A DNA stretch of 63,629 bases, filler included, from Octopus bimaculoides (GCF_001194135.2; 12 parts of 11 records of this genome joined end to end with filler, not necessarily neighbours in it); one strand, 5' to 3'. Numbered from the whole stretch's first letter, positions 11,325 to 25,217 are shown. Notes: generated by a model not told the origin, from the sequence alone. A program made the numbers and translations.

Positions 11325-11448
11325 AGATCAATGAGCCACAATCTCTGCTGGTTTGCTTGCTCATCACCGCTCAACTCATGGACACAAGCAACAATTTCTT
11401 TACCGAATTTTTACTGGCGACGAAAAATGGTGCCTGTAAATCAATATG
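11325..11448 (+). mobile_element. Mariner transposase fragment
   Basis: Translates ...LLAHHRSTHGHKQQFLYRIFTGDEKWCL (mariner GDEKW motif). Confidence 0.75.
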
Positions 11449-11714
11449 TGGATATGTGGACATATATATATATATATATATAGATAGATAGATATACATA
11501 GATATGGATATATATATATATATATATATAGGTGTGAGAAAGTTGGTATGTGAAAGCACGTGGTTGGATGTATAAAAGATAAACAAGAGTGAAAAAACTA
11601 CAGAAGGCTTGTGTTATATGGTTAAAGTATATATTTAAATCGTTATGTTAGAAAAATGTTATAAAATTTTGAGTATAGAATGGGAGCTCCTTTTGGTTGT
11701 ATTCCATTGTGACC

Positions 11715-12274
11715 AGAAATCTTTATCTACCTTTGGAAACACCCTTTCCCAATACATAAAAGAAAATTGGAAAAGATTCCTGGATGACTGTTTCACACTC
11801 TGGAATGAAAACACATAAACTCCTGAAATTCAAAAGTCTATTGAACAGCCTCAACCCAAACATACAGTTGACAATGAAATACAACCAAAAGGAGCTCCCA
11901 TTCTTGGATATACTAATTAAAAAAGTAAACCTAAAAATAGAAACGGACATATTTTACAAACCTTCAGACGCCAAACAATATCCACTATTTGATTCATGGC
12001 ACCCAAGACACACCAAAACAAACATCCCCTTCAACCTTGCAAGAAGGATATGCACAATAGTGTAAGAACAAAATACCAGAGACTTTAAACTGCAAGAACT
12101 CAAAAATACCCTAATTGACAGACATTACCCATTTCAACTCATAGATGATGGAATCAGACGTGCATCATGAATCGACATAGAAAGCTTAAGAAAAGTTAAA
12201 CACTGCAACACGCCTTCCCTGAAAATACTGCCGTACATATCCACATACAACCCCAGAAACAAAGAAGCTTTCAC
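11715..12274 (+). mobile_element. Penelope-like element RT fragment
   Basis: YIKENWKRFLDDCF; LNSLNPNIQLT..ELPFLDILI; DIFYKP; SWHPRHTKTNIPFNLARRICTIV; RHYP; PYISTYNP. Confidence 0.88.
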
Positions 12275-13097
12275 NNNNNNNNNNNNNNNNNNNNNNNNNN
12301 NNNNNNNNNNNNNNNNNNTTAATTAATTAANNNNNNNNNNNNNNNNNNNNNNNNNNNNNNNNNNNNNNNNNNNNTATATATATATATATATTTGACAGGA
12401 AGGACAACAAAAGAAAGAAAGAGACCTCGATATTATGCAAATAGAGGAATTTATCTGTAAAAATATGTGACACTTATTCAGTAGCCATGATAAAACTCCG
12501 AGTTTCGGATGCTGGGGTGGGAGCCCACGTCAACATCTCTTCAGTTATCCGGCCAATTGAAAATTCCTATGAAAAAAGTCCTAGGGTCGATTTCTTCGAC
12601 TAAAAAAAACAAACCCCCTTTAATGTGGTGCTCCAGCATGGCCGCTGTCAAATGACTGAGACAAGTAATAGAATAAAAGAATATATATGTGATATTAAAG
12701 CCTCCGACTTGTCGACTTGACACGAAGCCACACCACTCACTCTGATGTGTATTCATAAATTGTAGAATTGTGTGCGGTTTGTAGTGCAACTAACAGTCAA
12801 AGCCAATTGCACTTTCTCTACGTCTCTTAATCTATTTCTGTATACATGTGCAGCAATCACTGCACACTGCACACTCCGAATTGCAATTATGAATTGTGTT
12901 AAGTGCAAGGTGACAGTCTGCACCTATTATACCCTCTCCACATACCAGTCAGTCTATTTCTGTGTACCGGTAAGGTACTGCATGCCTCGACCTGTTCTGA
13001 GGTACTTTCTGTTGTTCTGTGACAGTCTGGAGATGTTGCAAAAAGAAAAACAAAAAAAAAAACAGCAGTTTGCTAAAATATGCACCGGAAATCCCAT

Positions 13098-13121
13098 TGT
13101 TGTTGCTGTTTTTGTTGCTGC

Positions 13122-13176
<55 letters not shown>

Positions 13177-13261
13177 GCCGGTTCTACTGCTGTTGCTTTC
13201 AAGAGGGTGGTATGTCACAGTGACAATGGTTATGATGACGATGATGATGATGATGATGGTC

Positions 13262-13306
<45 letters not shown>

Positions 13307-13330
13307 GTGACGGTAATAATGATTATGGCA
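13098..13330. repeat. (GTT)n and (GAT)n microsatellites
   Basis: Direct reading. Confidence 0.92.
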
Positions 13331-13827
13331 NNNNNNNNNNNNNNNNNNNNNNNNNNNNNNNNNNNNNNNNNNNNNNNNNNNNNNNNNNNNNNNNNNNNNN
13401 NNNNNNNNNNNNNNNNNNNNNNNNNNNNNNNNNNNNNNNNNNNNNNNNNNNNNNNNNNNNNNNNNNNNNNNNNNNNNNNNNNNNNNNNNNNNNNNNNNNN
13501 NNNNNNNNNNNNNNNNNNNNNNNNNNNNNNNNNNNNNNNNNNNNNNNNNNNNNNNNNNNNNNNNNNNNNNNNNNNNNNNNNNNNNNNNNNNNNNNNNNNN
13601 NNNNNNNNNNNNNNNNNNNNNNNNNNNNNNNNNNNNNNNNNNNNNNNNNNNNNNNNNNNNNNNNNNNNNNNNNNNNNNNNNNNNNNNNNNNNNNNNNNNN
13701 NNNNNNNNNNNNNNNNNNNNNNNNNNNNNNNNNNNNNNNNNNNNNNNNNNNNNNNNNNNNNNNNNNNNNGTTAAGCTGGTCTTCTGAATTCAGTAAACGT
13801 TTATATAGTGCTCTAGCAGAGGAAGAG

Positions 13828-13942
13828 CTGCAGTTGCTGCTGCAGTTGCTGCTGCAGTTGCTGCTGCAGTTGCTGCTGCAGTTGCTGCTGCGATTGCTGC
13901 TGCGATTGCTGCTGCGATTGCTGCTGCGGTTGCTGCTGCTGC

Positions 13943-13975
<33 letters not shown>
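13828..13975. repeat. 12-mer minisatellite (CTGCAGTTGCTG to CTGCGATTGCTG) grading into (TTG)n
   Basis: Direct reading. Confidence 0.9.
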
Positions 13976-14087
13976 AGCGAAAGTGTTCACACTTTATATC
14001 CAGAGTTGGCTGCAGTGTTACGTTGCAGACAAGAATGTTGATTGCATCTTCATGAAAATTGGCAGATGACTCTAGTCATTGTAATTA

Positions 14088-14154
<67 letters not shown>

Positions 14155-14520
14155 CAGTGGTGGTAGTGGTGTTGTTGTTGTTTTTATCGCGGTATTTATT
14201 GCACGTTTTATCACGATCTACTTTTTTTATATATATATATAATTATATATACATACGCATGCATAAGCCTACACGTATATATACATACATACATACATAC
14301 ATACATACATACGTGTGTGTGTGGATGTTTGTGCACGTAGTTGTGTGTGTGTGTGTGAATGTGTGTGTGTGTATAAACAGATATGTGTGTGAGTTTTGTT
14401 TTAGTTGTGTTTTAGTTTTGTTAACGTATTTTACTGTTTGTGTTTGTTTTTGTTACTTTTTTCTTTGTTGACCAATTTTTTTTTCCTTTCCTTTTGTTTG
14501 TTGTTCTATCTCTCCCCTTA

Positions 14521-14566
<46 letters not shown>

Positions 14567-14629
14567 CTTCTATCTGTCTATCTGTCTATCTCTTCCTTTC
14601 TCTATCTATCTGCTTTCCTCTTGTTATAA

Positions 14630-15120
14630 ACGCAAATAAACAAACACACGCATACACACACACACACACACGCAGACATAGACTCGCACTGACGCACACA
14701 AATTCACACACACGTACACATATACATACACACATGTACATGCATACACATGAACAGGCACAAGCACATACTTATACAGCAACACACACACACACATACG
14801 CAAATGCATAAACGCGCACATACACTCACACCTGCTTATATAAATAATACCACCCGGCATCCGACCTTTAGCATAACCTGTACCCACCCACTCACACACA
14901 CACACATTCACATATACTTACTCACGCACTCACAGCATCATTCACCACACATTCACTTTCACACACTCGCAAACACTCACACACACCACACACACAAACA
15001 TACACACACACACACTCATACACACACACACACAATCACTAACACACATTCACTCTCACACACTCGCACACACTCACACACACCACACAATCACTCACTC
15101 ACACACACAAACACTCACTG
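14630..15120. repeat. Degenerate (CA)-rich low-complexity tract
   Basis: Direct reading. It explains the His/Thr-rich pseudo-ORFs. Confidence 0.9.
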
Positions 15121-15250
15121 ACTATGGCTTATGAATAAACCTCAAATTAGTTGGCCAGGCTGCTAGAACTGGTAGCCAAATCTTTAAATACCTTGTTACC
15201 TCGTTAAAAAAAAATGGAACCGATACGAAATATTCAGGTTTCAAATTAGA

Positions 15251-15445
15251 ACACAAGGCTAGCGTTTTTTGGAGCGAAGGAGTCAGTCGATTACACGGGT
15301 CCCAGTACACAACTGGTGCATATTTCATCGCCCCCGAAGAATGAAAAGCAAAATGGACATAAGCAGTATTTGAACTCAGAACGTGAAGACGGGCGAAATG
15401 CTACCAAGCACTTTTAGCCGGCGCGCTAACGATTCTGGCCCCTCG
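15251..15445 (-). mobile_element. SINE family B copy
   Basis: TTTGAACTCAGAACG...GCTAACGATTCTG is the reverse complement of 3318-3530. Confidence 0.85.
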
Positions 15446-15602
15446 CTGCTTTAAACGCAGATTAGTTGGAACTGCATGCATACTGCGTAAAGTACTGTCT
15501 GTCTGAGAGATCCTTGTTGTGATTTGACAAACAGTGAAAACTCCCGGAAGAAGCAATGTCTTCATTCAACAACCTCAAGATATCGTATACTGTGCGATGT
15601 CT

Positions 15603-15661
<59 letters not shown>

Positions 15662-15667
15662 TCCCTG

Positions 15668-16078
15668 ATGCAGTACCAGACAATGACTCTTATGGCTTCT
15701 GATCTTAATTGATTGGAAGTGTTATCATGTACATTGTTTTGTCTTGGTATAAAAGATGGGCCCCAGCAAATATTCTGCTCAATACCATAGATTTGCTCGT
15801 CAGTTGTTTGACCTAACCAGTTGAGCATGTTCCTTGGTGGCTGACGATATGTGCATCTCTGATTACGAGCAGAAGTAGTTGGGGAGCATCATAGCCATGT
15901 GTTGAGAGGAATTCTTTGGGGTTTGAATAATCTACCTTTGGAAACATGGGTGTTTTGTTCAACATCCTCAAACAAACCTTATTCAGGGACCTTTTGAGCG
16001 GGCTACTCGACTTGAAGAAAATTCTAACTGGGCCCCACCTACAAGGTCATGTACTGTTTATCTTGATATGAGATCACC
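15668..16078. mobile_element. Unclassified interspersed repeat, truncated by a gap
   Basis: GC-balanced non-coding block abutting (TAA)n. It resembles an abundant octopus repeat (from recall, not verified). Confidence 0.45.
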
Positions 16079-16687
16079 NNNNNNNNNNNNNNNNNNNNNN
16101 NNNNNNNNNNNNNNNNNNNNNNNNNNNNNNNNNNNNNNNNNNNNNNNNNNNNNNNNNNNNNNNNNNNNNNNNNNNNNNNNNNNNNNNNNNNNNNNNNNNN
16201 NNNNNNNNNNNNNNNNNNNNNNNNNNNNNNNNNNNNNNNNNNNNNNNNNNNNNNNNNNNNNNNNNNNNNNNNNNNNNNNNNNNNNNNNNNNNNNNNNNNN
16301 NNNNNNNNNNNNNNNNNNNNNNNNNNNNNNNNNNNNNNNNNNNNNNNNNNNNNNNNNNNNNNNNNNNNNNNNNNNNNNNNNNNNNNNNNNNNNNNNNNNN
16401 NNNNNNNNNNNNNNNNNNNNNNNNNNNNNNNNNNNNNNNNNNNNNNNNNNNNNNNNNNNNNNNNNNNNNNNNNNNNNNNNNNNNNNNNNNNNNNNNNNNN
16501 NNNNNNNNNNNNNNNNNNNNNNNNNNNNNNNNNNNNNNNNNNNNNNNNNNNNNNNNNNNNNNNNNNNNNNNNNNNNNNNNNNNNNNNNNNNNNNNNNNCA
16601 CATTAAGGATGGCCAGTCCCTAAACCTAGATCCAACATCTTAATTAATAAAGTACAACCTAAACCCTAACCCTGGCCCTAAACCAGG

Positions 16688-16910
16688 ATCCTTTCTACTG
16701 GAAGCACAAAGCCTCAAATTTTTTGGGGGAAGGGATTAATTCGATTACATCAACCCCTGTACGTAAATGGTACTGATTTTATCGACCTTGAAAGGATTGG
16801 ATGAAAAGCAAATTCAACCTCGGCGGAATCCGAACTCAAAACCTAACGGCGGACGAAATACCGCTAAGCATTTCGCCCGGCGTGCTAACGGTTCCGCCAG
16901 CTCGCCGCCT
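16688..16910 (-). mobile_element. SINE family B copy
   Basis: CCTTTCTACT...CCTCGGCGGAATCCGAACTCAAAAC...GTGCTAACGGTTCCGCC. Confidence 0.85.
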
Positions 16911-17678
16911 CACCACTAAGCCAAGATCAGGTCAGTTCACATCGTTGACTAAATATACAGCTTTAGAGCTGCTCGCTAAAGTTGCAACCAGTTGTGATCA
17001 TCCAACTCCGAATTGATCCAGATCGATCGTGTCTATTATGATTAGAGCTCCGACTCTAGTCACCTCGACTCTTGTTTCACATGTAATGCGTAAAACACTG
17101 AATTTTATCCCACTATGAGTTGACGGAAAAGGGAAGTTTTGGCTGCTATTCCTAACATATCGGATGACCACCTCGACACACCCACGTTGGCTCCTGACGT
17201 CGTTATTCTGAACGATAAACCGGATGTAATGAGGACATTACGCAAATAATAACAGCGATATTAGTTTGTGCTTGGAATTTCGTGGTAAACGATAATTGTG
17301 CCCGAGTCTGGCCTGTGTTTATATATAAATATACACGCGCGCACCCCCCCCCCCNNNNNNNNNNNNNNNNNNNNNNNNNNNNNNNNNNNNNNNNNNNNTT
17401 AATTAATTAANNNNNNNNNNNNNNNNNNNNNNNNNNNNNNNNNNNNNNNNNNNNTCAAATGATTTGCCAGTCTCCTCTTGAAAATTAATGATGTCCCACT
17501 GATGCATGCATGTATGTATGCATGTATGCATGTATATATATGTATGTATGTACATGTGTATATAAAAGAGACCACTAAGTGGACTGCTAATGTGCTAGAA
17601 GATTACTTAAAAATTCTCAAAGAAAATTCAGCGGAGCAAAAACAAGCGGGCAAGACTAGTGAAAATCATAAATGCATG

Positions 17679-17712
<34 letters not shown>

Positions 17713-17754
17713 TGTATGTATGTATGTATGAANNNNNNNNNNCATAAATGCATG

Positions 17755-17788
<34 letters not shown>

Positions 17789-17846
17789 TGTATGTATGTA
17801 TGTATGAATGTATGTATGTATGTATGTAAGTATGTATGCATGTATG

Positions 17847-17877
<31 letters not shown>

Positions 17878-18932
17878 TGCACGTACGTACGTATGCATGT
17901 AATTAAATATTAAACTATTTTCGTTCATTTAAAAGTAGCTTTTTCCTGAAGCAACTAGAAATTTGTTTTATTGGTGAAAGATTCAAAACAAGAAAAACAA
18001 GCATTATGTCGCTTGCATGTGTACATGCGCGGACGCGTGTTTGCTTGATTAACCTCCATAATTAAAGATAGACACTTGTTTTGTTTTGAGTAATTTCTTT
18101 ACCCTTTGTATATAAACTATGAAGTTAAACGAAGATTCTGTAGAAACATTTACAACAGTAACTTGCAAATTTCATTTTGATCAAAATACCTGCTATTCCA
18201 GCCACTGTAAAGTAGAATTTACTGTCATATTCATTTTTTTGCTTACCATCACCAACATTTAACGTCTCTAACCGCCTCACATTTATCATTTCAATCACTC
18301 TCTATCATTTTGGCTCCGAACACAAGCCCGTTTGTAAATTACATGCGATATACACAAGACCGGTTTCTGATGAAACAAACAGAGATCCACCACGCAGTTG
18401 TACAGCTAGCAAAAAGTTGCATCCAAATAACCTTTAAATCATTGTGGTCCCGATTAAAAACACGTTTTTAAATTATTATATATGATATATCCAAGATCAG
18501 GCTCTGATGACCCAAACAGGGAATCACCACGCAGTTGTGCAGCCAACCAAAAATTGCAGCCAAGTAACGTTTAAGTGAAACATTTTAAATATAGGTCACA
18601 TGAAACAATATATTCAAAAAATATACAAAACAACAGGATGGTCACGGTTGCAACGTTTTCGATCATACATACATTCAGTTCAAATATATCAACTTCTTGA
18701 ATAAAATGAATAAAAAAATTCTTAGATTAAAATTTTACAATTTTAATTCTCACATATATTCGATTACGTTCTAATTTATTTGTAATTAATCATTACTTTA
18801 ATTAATTCACTGTGAGGTCTTGGGTTTTTTTNNNNNNNNNNNNNNNNNNNNNNNNNNNNNNNNNNNNNNNNNNNNTTAATTAATTAANNNNNNNNNNNNN
18901 NNNNNNNNNNNNNNNNNNNNNNNNNNNNNNNT

Positions 18933-18978
<46 letters not shown>

Positions 18979-19694
18979 GTGCGTGTGTGTATGTATGTAT
19001 GTATGTATGTATATATGATATATGTGTCTGTATTTGTCTCTCAACTGTTTAACAGGTAATGTTAGTTATTTACGTCCCCGTAAAATACATCGATAGAATA
19101 AGTCCTAGCTATCGATTTGTTCGATTAAAGCGTTCAATGTGGTGCACCAGAATAGTCTGTCCAATGACTATAAAAATGTTATCGATAAAAGATATTTGAT
19201 TACTCCTGCATACGATATGTCGTGTTTGTCTTCTATTCCTTCCCCTGCACAATTTTTCTGATTCATAGATGTAAAAGGTGAAAGATTAGATACCTAAGAG
19301 AAATATTTTCTTTGCTAAACGTTAGTATCTCGATGCATTGTTTGCGATGGTGCGCTGGCTCTTCCCGCCACCTCCCTCCTCTGATACTGCTAAATGTGAA
19401 TTGATGATTTCTTATTTATATACCTTTCACTTGTTTCAGTCACTGGATTGCAGTCATGGGTGGGGAACAGCCTTGAAGGGTTTTAAGATAAACAACCCGA
19501 TCTCAGTATATGTTTCTCTTTTTTTTTTAAAGATGGTACTCACTTCATTGGGGTCTTTTGCCGAGCCACTATATTACAGAGATGTAATCAAACCAACACT
19601 AGTTGGTAAGCAATGGTGGGTGTGACAGGAACAGATGCAAAGACGCACAAACATATTTATGGGTCAATATATATATACATATGTACATGTTTGT

Positions 19695-19855
19695 ATGGTT
19701 GTGTGGTAAGTAGCTTGCTTACCAACCACATGGTTCCGGGTTCAGTACCACTGCGTGGCACCCTGAGCAAGTGTCTTCTACTACAGCCTCGAGCCAACCA
19801 AAGTCTTATGAGTAGATTAGTTACACGGAAACTGAAAGAAGCCCGTCGTATATAT

Positions 19856-19926
<71 letters not shown>

Positions 19927-20043
19927 TTTGTGTGTGTCTGTGTTTGTCCACCCAGCATCGCTTGACAACCGATGCTGGTGTGTTTACGTCCCCGTAACTT
20001 AGCGGTTCGGCCTAAGATATCGATAAAATAAGTACTAAGCTTA
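19695..20043 (+). mobile_element. SINE family C with internal (TA)n(TG)n
   Basis: TGTGTGGTAAGTAGCTTGCTTACCAACCACATGGTTCCGGGTTCAGT head and GGTGCTCCAGCATGGCC tail. Other copies at 10969 and 43955. Confidence 0.9.
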
Positions 20044-23000
20044 CAAAGAATAAGTCCTGGGGTCGATTTCCTCGACTAAAGACGGTGCTCCAGCATGGCC
20101 ATANNNNNNNNNNNNNNNNNNNNNNNNNNNNNNNNNNNNNNNNNNNNTTAATTAATTAANNNNNNNNNNNNNNNNNNNNNNNNNNNNNNNNNNNNNNNNN
20201 NNNTATATATACGTCTTTTAATGCCTGTATTTGTGTCCCACTACCAGGCTTAAGCAAAATGAGTCCTGCATGAATTCTTTCGACAAAAGTTCATCAGGGT
20301 TGTTCTCCAGTATGGCCACACTCTTATGACAGAAACAATTAAATGATGAATGATAAAAGACGGCCATAGATGCCTTTGTTTGTAACAGATATGTTGGTGA
20401 TATGTTAAAATTTGTCAAAATACACAACAGATTGATATAGGTCAACCAGAGATCGTCTACGTGAAGTACGAGAAAGAATAACCGACAAAATTTAATGAAA
20501 ATGATATCCTCTTCTCTTAAACAGAAAACGAGTTTGATATACTATGGTTGCATTTGGCAAGTTTTACTTTACATTTCGTCAATCAATAAGTAAATTTCCA
20601 AAAAGCAATTCAAAAATATCAATTTACTTATCAACACTGAATGCAGTGAACGTCAAGCTTGCTATGTTCCCTCTCGGCGAGTATTCTTTATAAGTTAAGG
20701 CAATAAAGTGCTAACTGCACTTTGTAAGTTAAAGCAATGTTCGTTCTGATTGCACTTGGATTTTAGTGCATTTTCCTTCAACTCAATTTAAATCAGTTCA
20801 TTCAGATATAGGTTGCTTACTTTGTCTCTGAATGCTAGTCATTTCATGCCACTTGATATTCAATAAGAAGACATACCGCTGTGACTTCCTATCTACTTAC
20901 TAAGAAATTACATAGAATTATTACAAGATGCAATACGGCAAAATGGGACGGCAGAAAATAAGAAAAATAATTTGTTATCGCGTAATAGAAACTAAGGCAT
21001 AACAATGTCAGTTATTTAACAGGAGTGAATCTATATTAACAATGATAGCACGATATTTAGAGTTATGCCACACTGAACAATATCAGATAAGCAAGAATGA
21101 AGACAATATTGTTCTTGTTGTGGTAACTAAGTAACTCAGAATCGTCCTCTGCAGTAATAGAAAATTATGCTAGTGTTTAGTGGAAAGACACCACGCCAAA
21201 GGGTCTTCAGATCAGTGCGGAAAATTCACAGAACATATATTTATGACCGTGTATATGTGTATTTATAGGCATGGTGCGCGTGCGTATGTGTGATCGCGAA
21301 CGTGTGTGTGTGCATGTGTGTGTGTGTACATGTGTGTGCATGTGTGTGTGGGGTGTGTTAATACATATCTATGCTTCCGTTTATGGCATTTGTAAATGTT
21401 TATATACTATTCGATGCTACGAGGAAAAATAAGCTTACAACTAAGACCAGTGGTTCATTAAAAAAATGAATGACTCGATAAATACTTCAAACAACAGAGA
21501 TTGAAGTTGAGCTGCACTAAGTGGTACTGTAGAAGAGATTCATATTAATTCACCAGATTAAATTGACGATACATGGACGCAACAATGTTCGAAGTCAGTG
21601 CATATATTTTTTAACAATAAATGAAAAAAAGGATACTGTCTGAATGTATGCATGCACACACCAACACACACACACATACACAAACACACAAACGCACTCA
21701 CGCACAAAAACACACCAACACACACACATACACAAACACACAAACTTACTCACACACAAACACACACACAAACAAACATACACACATATGTTTATATGTG
21801 GAAAGAAGGAAAGAGACAGGCATACAAACAGAAAGCCAGAAAGGATGGTCTTAACACGAGAAACAAATTTATTGTAGCAAATGCATAAGAGGCGGAGATA
21901 GAACGTAAGTTCGTTTGCCCGAACATGAGAAATTATTGATTTCTCATTGGTTAAAAATTACTGCCCATATACGAATTCTGAACTTCGTTGAAGAAGTCAT
22001 TCACAGGGTACGGTTCTATGATTCGTGTATGAGTAGTTATAAAAACCTTGATTTTCGGAAAACTCTCCACTGATCGTTGCGTTGTATCTAAAATCCACGA
22101 CACTCACTCAAGTGATCGTTGGGTTGTAACTCAAATCCACGAGATTCACCCTCTTGAGTATCGGCTAATATTTATGCCAGGTTCAATACACAAATCCGAC
22201 AATGTTGAATTGTTGTGAAATCTTATAGCTAGAATGAAATATTAGTTAGTATAAATTTAAGTCGTAATTCTCTACGACGAAATGACTTTATTTCTAAATG
22301 TACTATAAATGCCAAAAATGTATATAATAAATTAATGTAGAAATGTAATTCCTTTTACTTCTCGTTTCTTTCAACTTGTTGAATTTATTTCTGTATATTA
22401 ATGAAACTGCATTTTTTTATGTGTAACGGTCACAAAAATATAATCTATATCTTCAACATATATGTACGTATGAACGCACGTTCAGCGACTTGGTATGTAT
22501 ACATCATAACATTTACGCAGCCTAAACTAAGAGTTATGCTTACTGATAGATACCTTTAATTAAATTATAGGTAACGAGATTATCATTATAGCTTTTAATT
22601 AAGAAACAATAATATTTGTTATAACTTACGATCGAAAACATTGTAAATAAAGATATAGTATATCGCTCATTATCCGACCGGTTATCACACATAAAACTAT
22701 AAACAATAGCATGTAAANNNNNNNNNNNNNNNNNNNNNNNNNNNNNNNNNNNNNNNNNNNNNNNNNNNNNNNNNNNNNNNNNNNNNNNNNNNNNNNNNNN
22801 NNNNNNNNNNNNNNNNNNNNNNNNNNNNNNNNNNNNNNNNNNNNNNNNNNNNNNNNNNNNNNNNNNNNNNNNNNNNNNNNNNNNNNNNNNNNNNNNNNNN
22901 NNNNNNNNNNNNNNNNNNNNNNNNNNNNNNNNNNNNNNNNNNNNNNNNNNNNNNNNNNNNNNNNNNNNNNNNNNNNNNNNNNNNNNNNNNNNNNNNNNNN

Positions 23001-23828
23001 NNNNNNNNNNNNNNNNNNNNNNNNNNNNNNNNNNNNNNNNNNNNNNNNNNNNNNNNNNNNNNNNNNNNNNNNNNNNNNNNNNNNNNNNNNNNNNNNNNNN
23101 NNNNNNNNNNNNNNNNNNNNNNNNNNNNNNNNNNNNNNNNNNNNNNNNNNNNNNNNNNNNNNNNNNNNNNNNNNNNNNNNNNNNNNNNNNNNNNNNNNNN
23201 NNNNNNNNNNNNNNNNNNNNNNNNNNNNNNNNNNNNNNNNNNNNNNNNNNNNNNNNNNNNNNNNNNNNNNNNNNNNNNNNNNNNNNNNNNNNNNNNNNNN
23301 NNNNNNNNNNNNNNNNNNNNNNNNNNNNNNNNNNNNNNNNNNNNNNNNNNNNNNNNNNNNNNNNNNNNNNNNNNNNNNNNNNNNNNNNNNNNNNNNNNNN
23401 NNNNNNNNNNNNNNNNNNNNNNNNNNNNNNNNNNNNNNNNNNNNNNNNNNNNNNNNNNNNNNNNNNNNNNNNNNNNNNNNNNNNNNNNNNNNNNNNNNNN
23501 NNNNNNNNNNNNNNNNNNNNNNNNNNNNNNNNNNNNNACGCACACACACATATACATATATCTATATGTATATACATATACATATATACATATACTTATA
23601 TACATACATACATATGTGTCTGCTTGTGTGTATGTGTTTGTCCCCCACCATCACTTGACAACTGATGCTCTCTACTCAACCGCAACACGACGGCTACTCA
23701 ACTCCTCTACCACGGCTAGACTACCTCTATTATATGTCTTGGGCGATCCTACTTCTTCGCAAGGGGGCGTCGACAAAACAATATAGCATACACACACATA
23801 TATTTTTGTATACGTTTATATATATATA

Positions 23829-23883
<55 letters not shown>

Positions 23884-24189
23884 NNNNNNNNNNNNNNNNN
23901 NNNNNNNNNNNNNNNNNNNNNNNNNNNNNNNNNNNNNNNNNNNNNNNNNNNNNNNNNNNNNNNNNNNNNNNNNNNNNNNNNNNNNNNNNNNNNNNNNNNN
24001 NNNNNNNNNNNNNNNNNNNNNNNNNNNNNNNNNNNNNNNNNNTTCTGGAAATATTTCGTTGAAAGTGAAAACTGTTTTCCCATATCTGCTTTATATTTTG
24101 TGAGAAATTAAATGATCTACAAATATTTAATGAAATTGTGATCACAATTTACCCATGTATCAAATTCGTGACTTTATAGCAACAACGTA

Positions 24190-24870
24190 TATATTTTGCA
24201 AGTGAACAGACGCTCAAATACTGAAGTATTTGAACGCCCATTCTTGCCATCCTTCACATATCACAAGGACTATTCCATATAGTATCGCAAGATTTATCTC
24301 TGCAATAGTAGTTGATCGAAAAATGAAATCAACTGCGTCCTAGAAAGAGATTTATTCCTTGAATTGATAACGGAAGAAACTACACATCATACAAGTGAGA
24401 TTACCAAAGAAAAGGATGGAAGAAATACGATTCCATTTATCAGTACCAACAATCCAAGAGTATAGTTCTACACTATAAAACTGAACTTAGGAATATTCAT
24501 AAACAGCCTGAAAATGAAGAATCTCTTTGATGGAAACCTTATACGAAACACTATACGTCAATGAAGACTCTTAATACACCGCACATGACGACAAAATTCT
24601 CATAATTCGTAATACTCTGTGAATGACAGTGGAGAGGATAAATGTGGAATATGTAACAACAACAACGACAACTTCAAATATTTGGACATTGGTAGCAATA
24701 TAATGAAATGCAACACACAGAATTGCACATACTTAATAACATGGTCCAATATACACTATATCTAATGGCAGTCTATTTTGGACATCAATTAGCTTTGCAC
24801 ACTCATATAACTATAGTAAGTTTGAGGAACAAACAGATTAACTGACGTTCAGAATAAAATTTCTCTCCTT
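24190..24870 (+). mobile_element. Highly degenerate Penelope-like RT/GIY-YIG remnant
   Basis: HP..HKxTIPYSIAR-like, TIPFISTNNP, DKCGIC segments that parallel 53780-54870. Confidence 0.6.
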
Positions 24871-25124
24871 TATCGATGTTATCTAAATACGAACATGACT
24901 CATGTCGAATTAAAATGAAAGCGTTTTCCCTTCAAAAATAGCTCGAAGTCAAAAGCGTTGGTAATGAGTTAAATTTCCGAAATCTTTTACAATATTCCTT
25001 ATATTCTATGTTTCTATTCATTACATTCTAATTATTCCAATTTTCATTTCATTACTGTTGTCATTAATTTACATTTAAATATCTCAGTGAATGATTTATG
25101 GGGATATATATTTTGGGCTCTGTT

Positions 25125-25217
<93 letters not shown>

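Noticed and set aside
12861-12874. Tandem TGCACAC (metal-response-element core)
   Set aside because: Expected by chance in CA-rich DNA; no promoter or gene nearby.
12772-13977. 401-aa ORF with poly-V, poly-D and poly-L
   Set aside because: Made of trinucleotide repeats plus a gap; no domain or supported exon structure.
18504-18525. CTGATGA-CCC-AAACA-GGG-AATC hammerhead look-alike within a ~138-bp duplicated repeat
   Set aside because: No GAAA core, no stem I or III, and the sister copy lacks the stem.
20262-20300. Minus-strand CUGAUGA...CGAAA
   Set aside because: Stem II is only 2 bp, there is no stem I, and it is the antisense of a degenerate SINE tail.
20700-20775. Small hairpins with miR-17- or miR-92-like seeds
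   Set aside because: The match is limited to 7-9 nt and there is no ~60-nt precursor stem.
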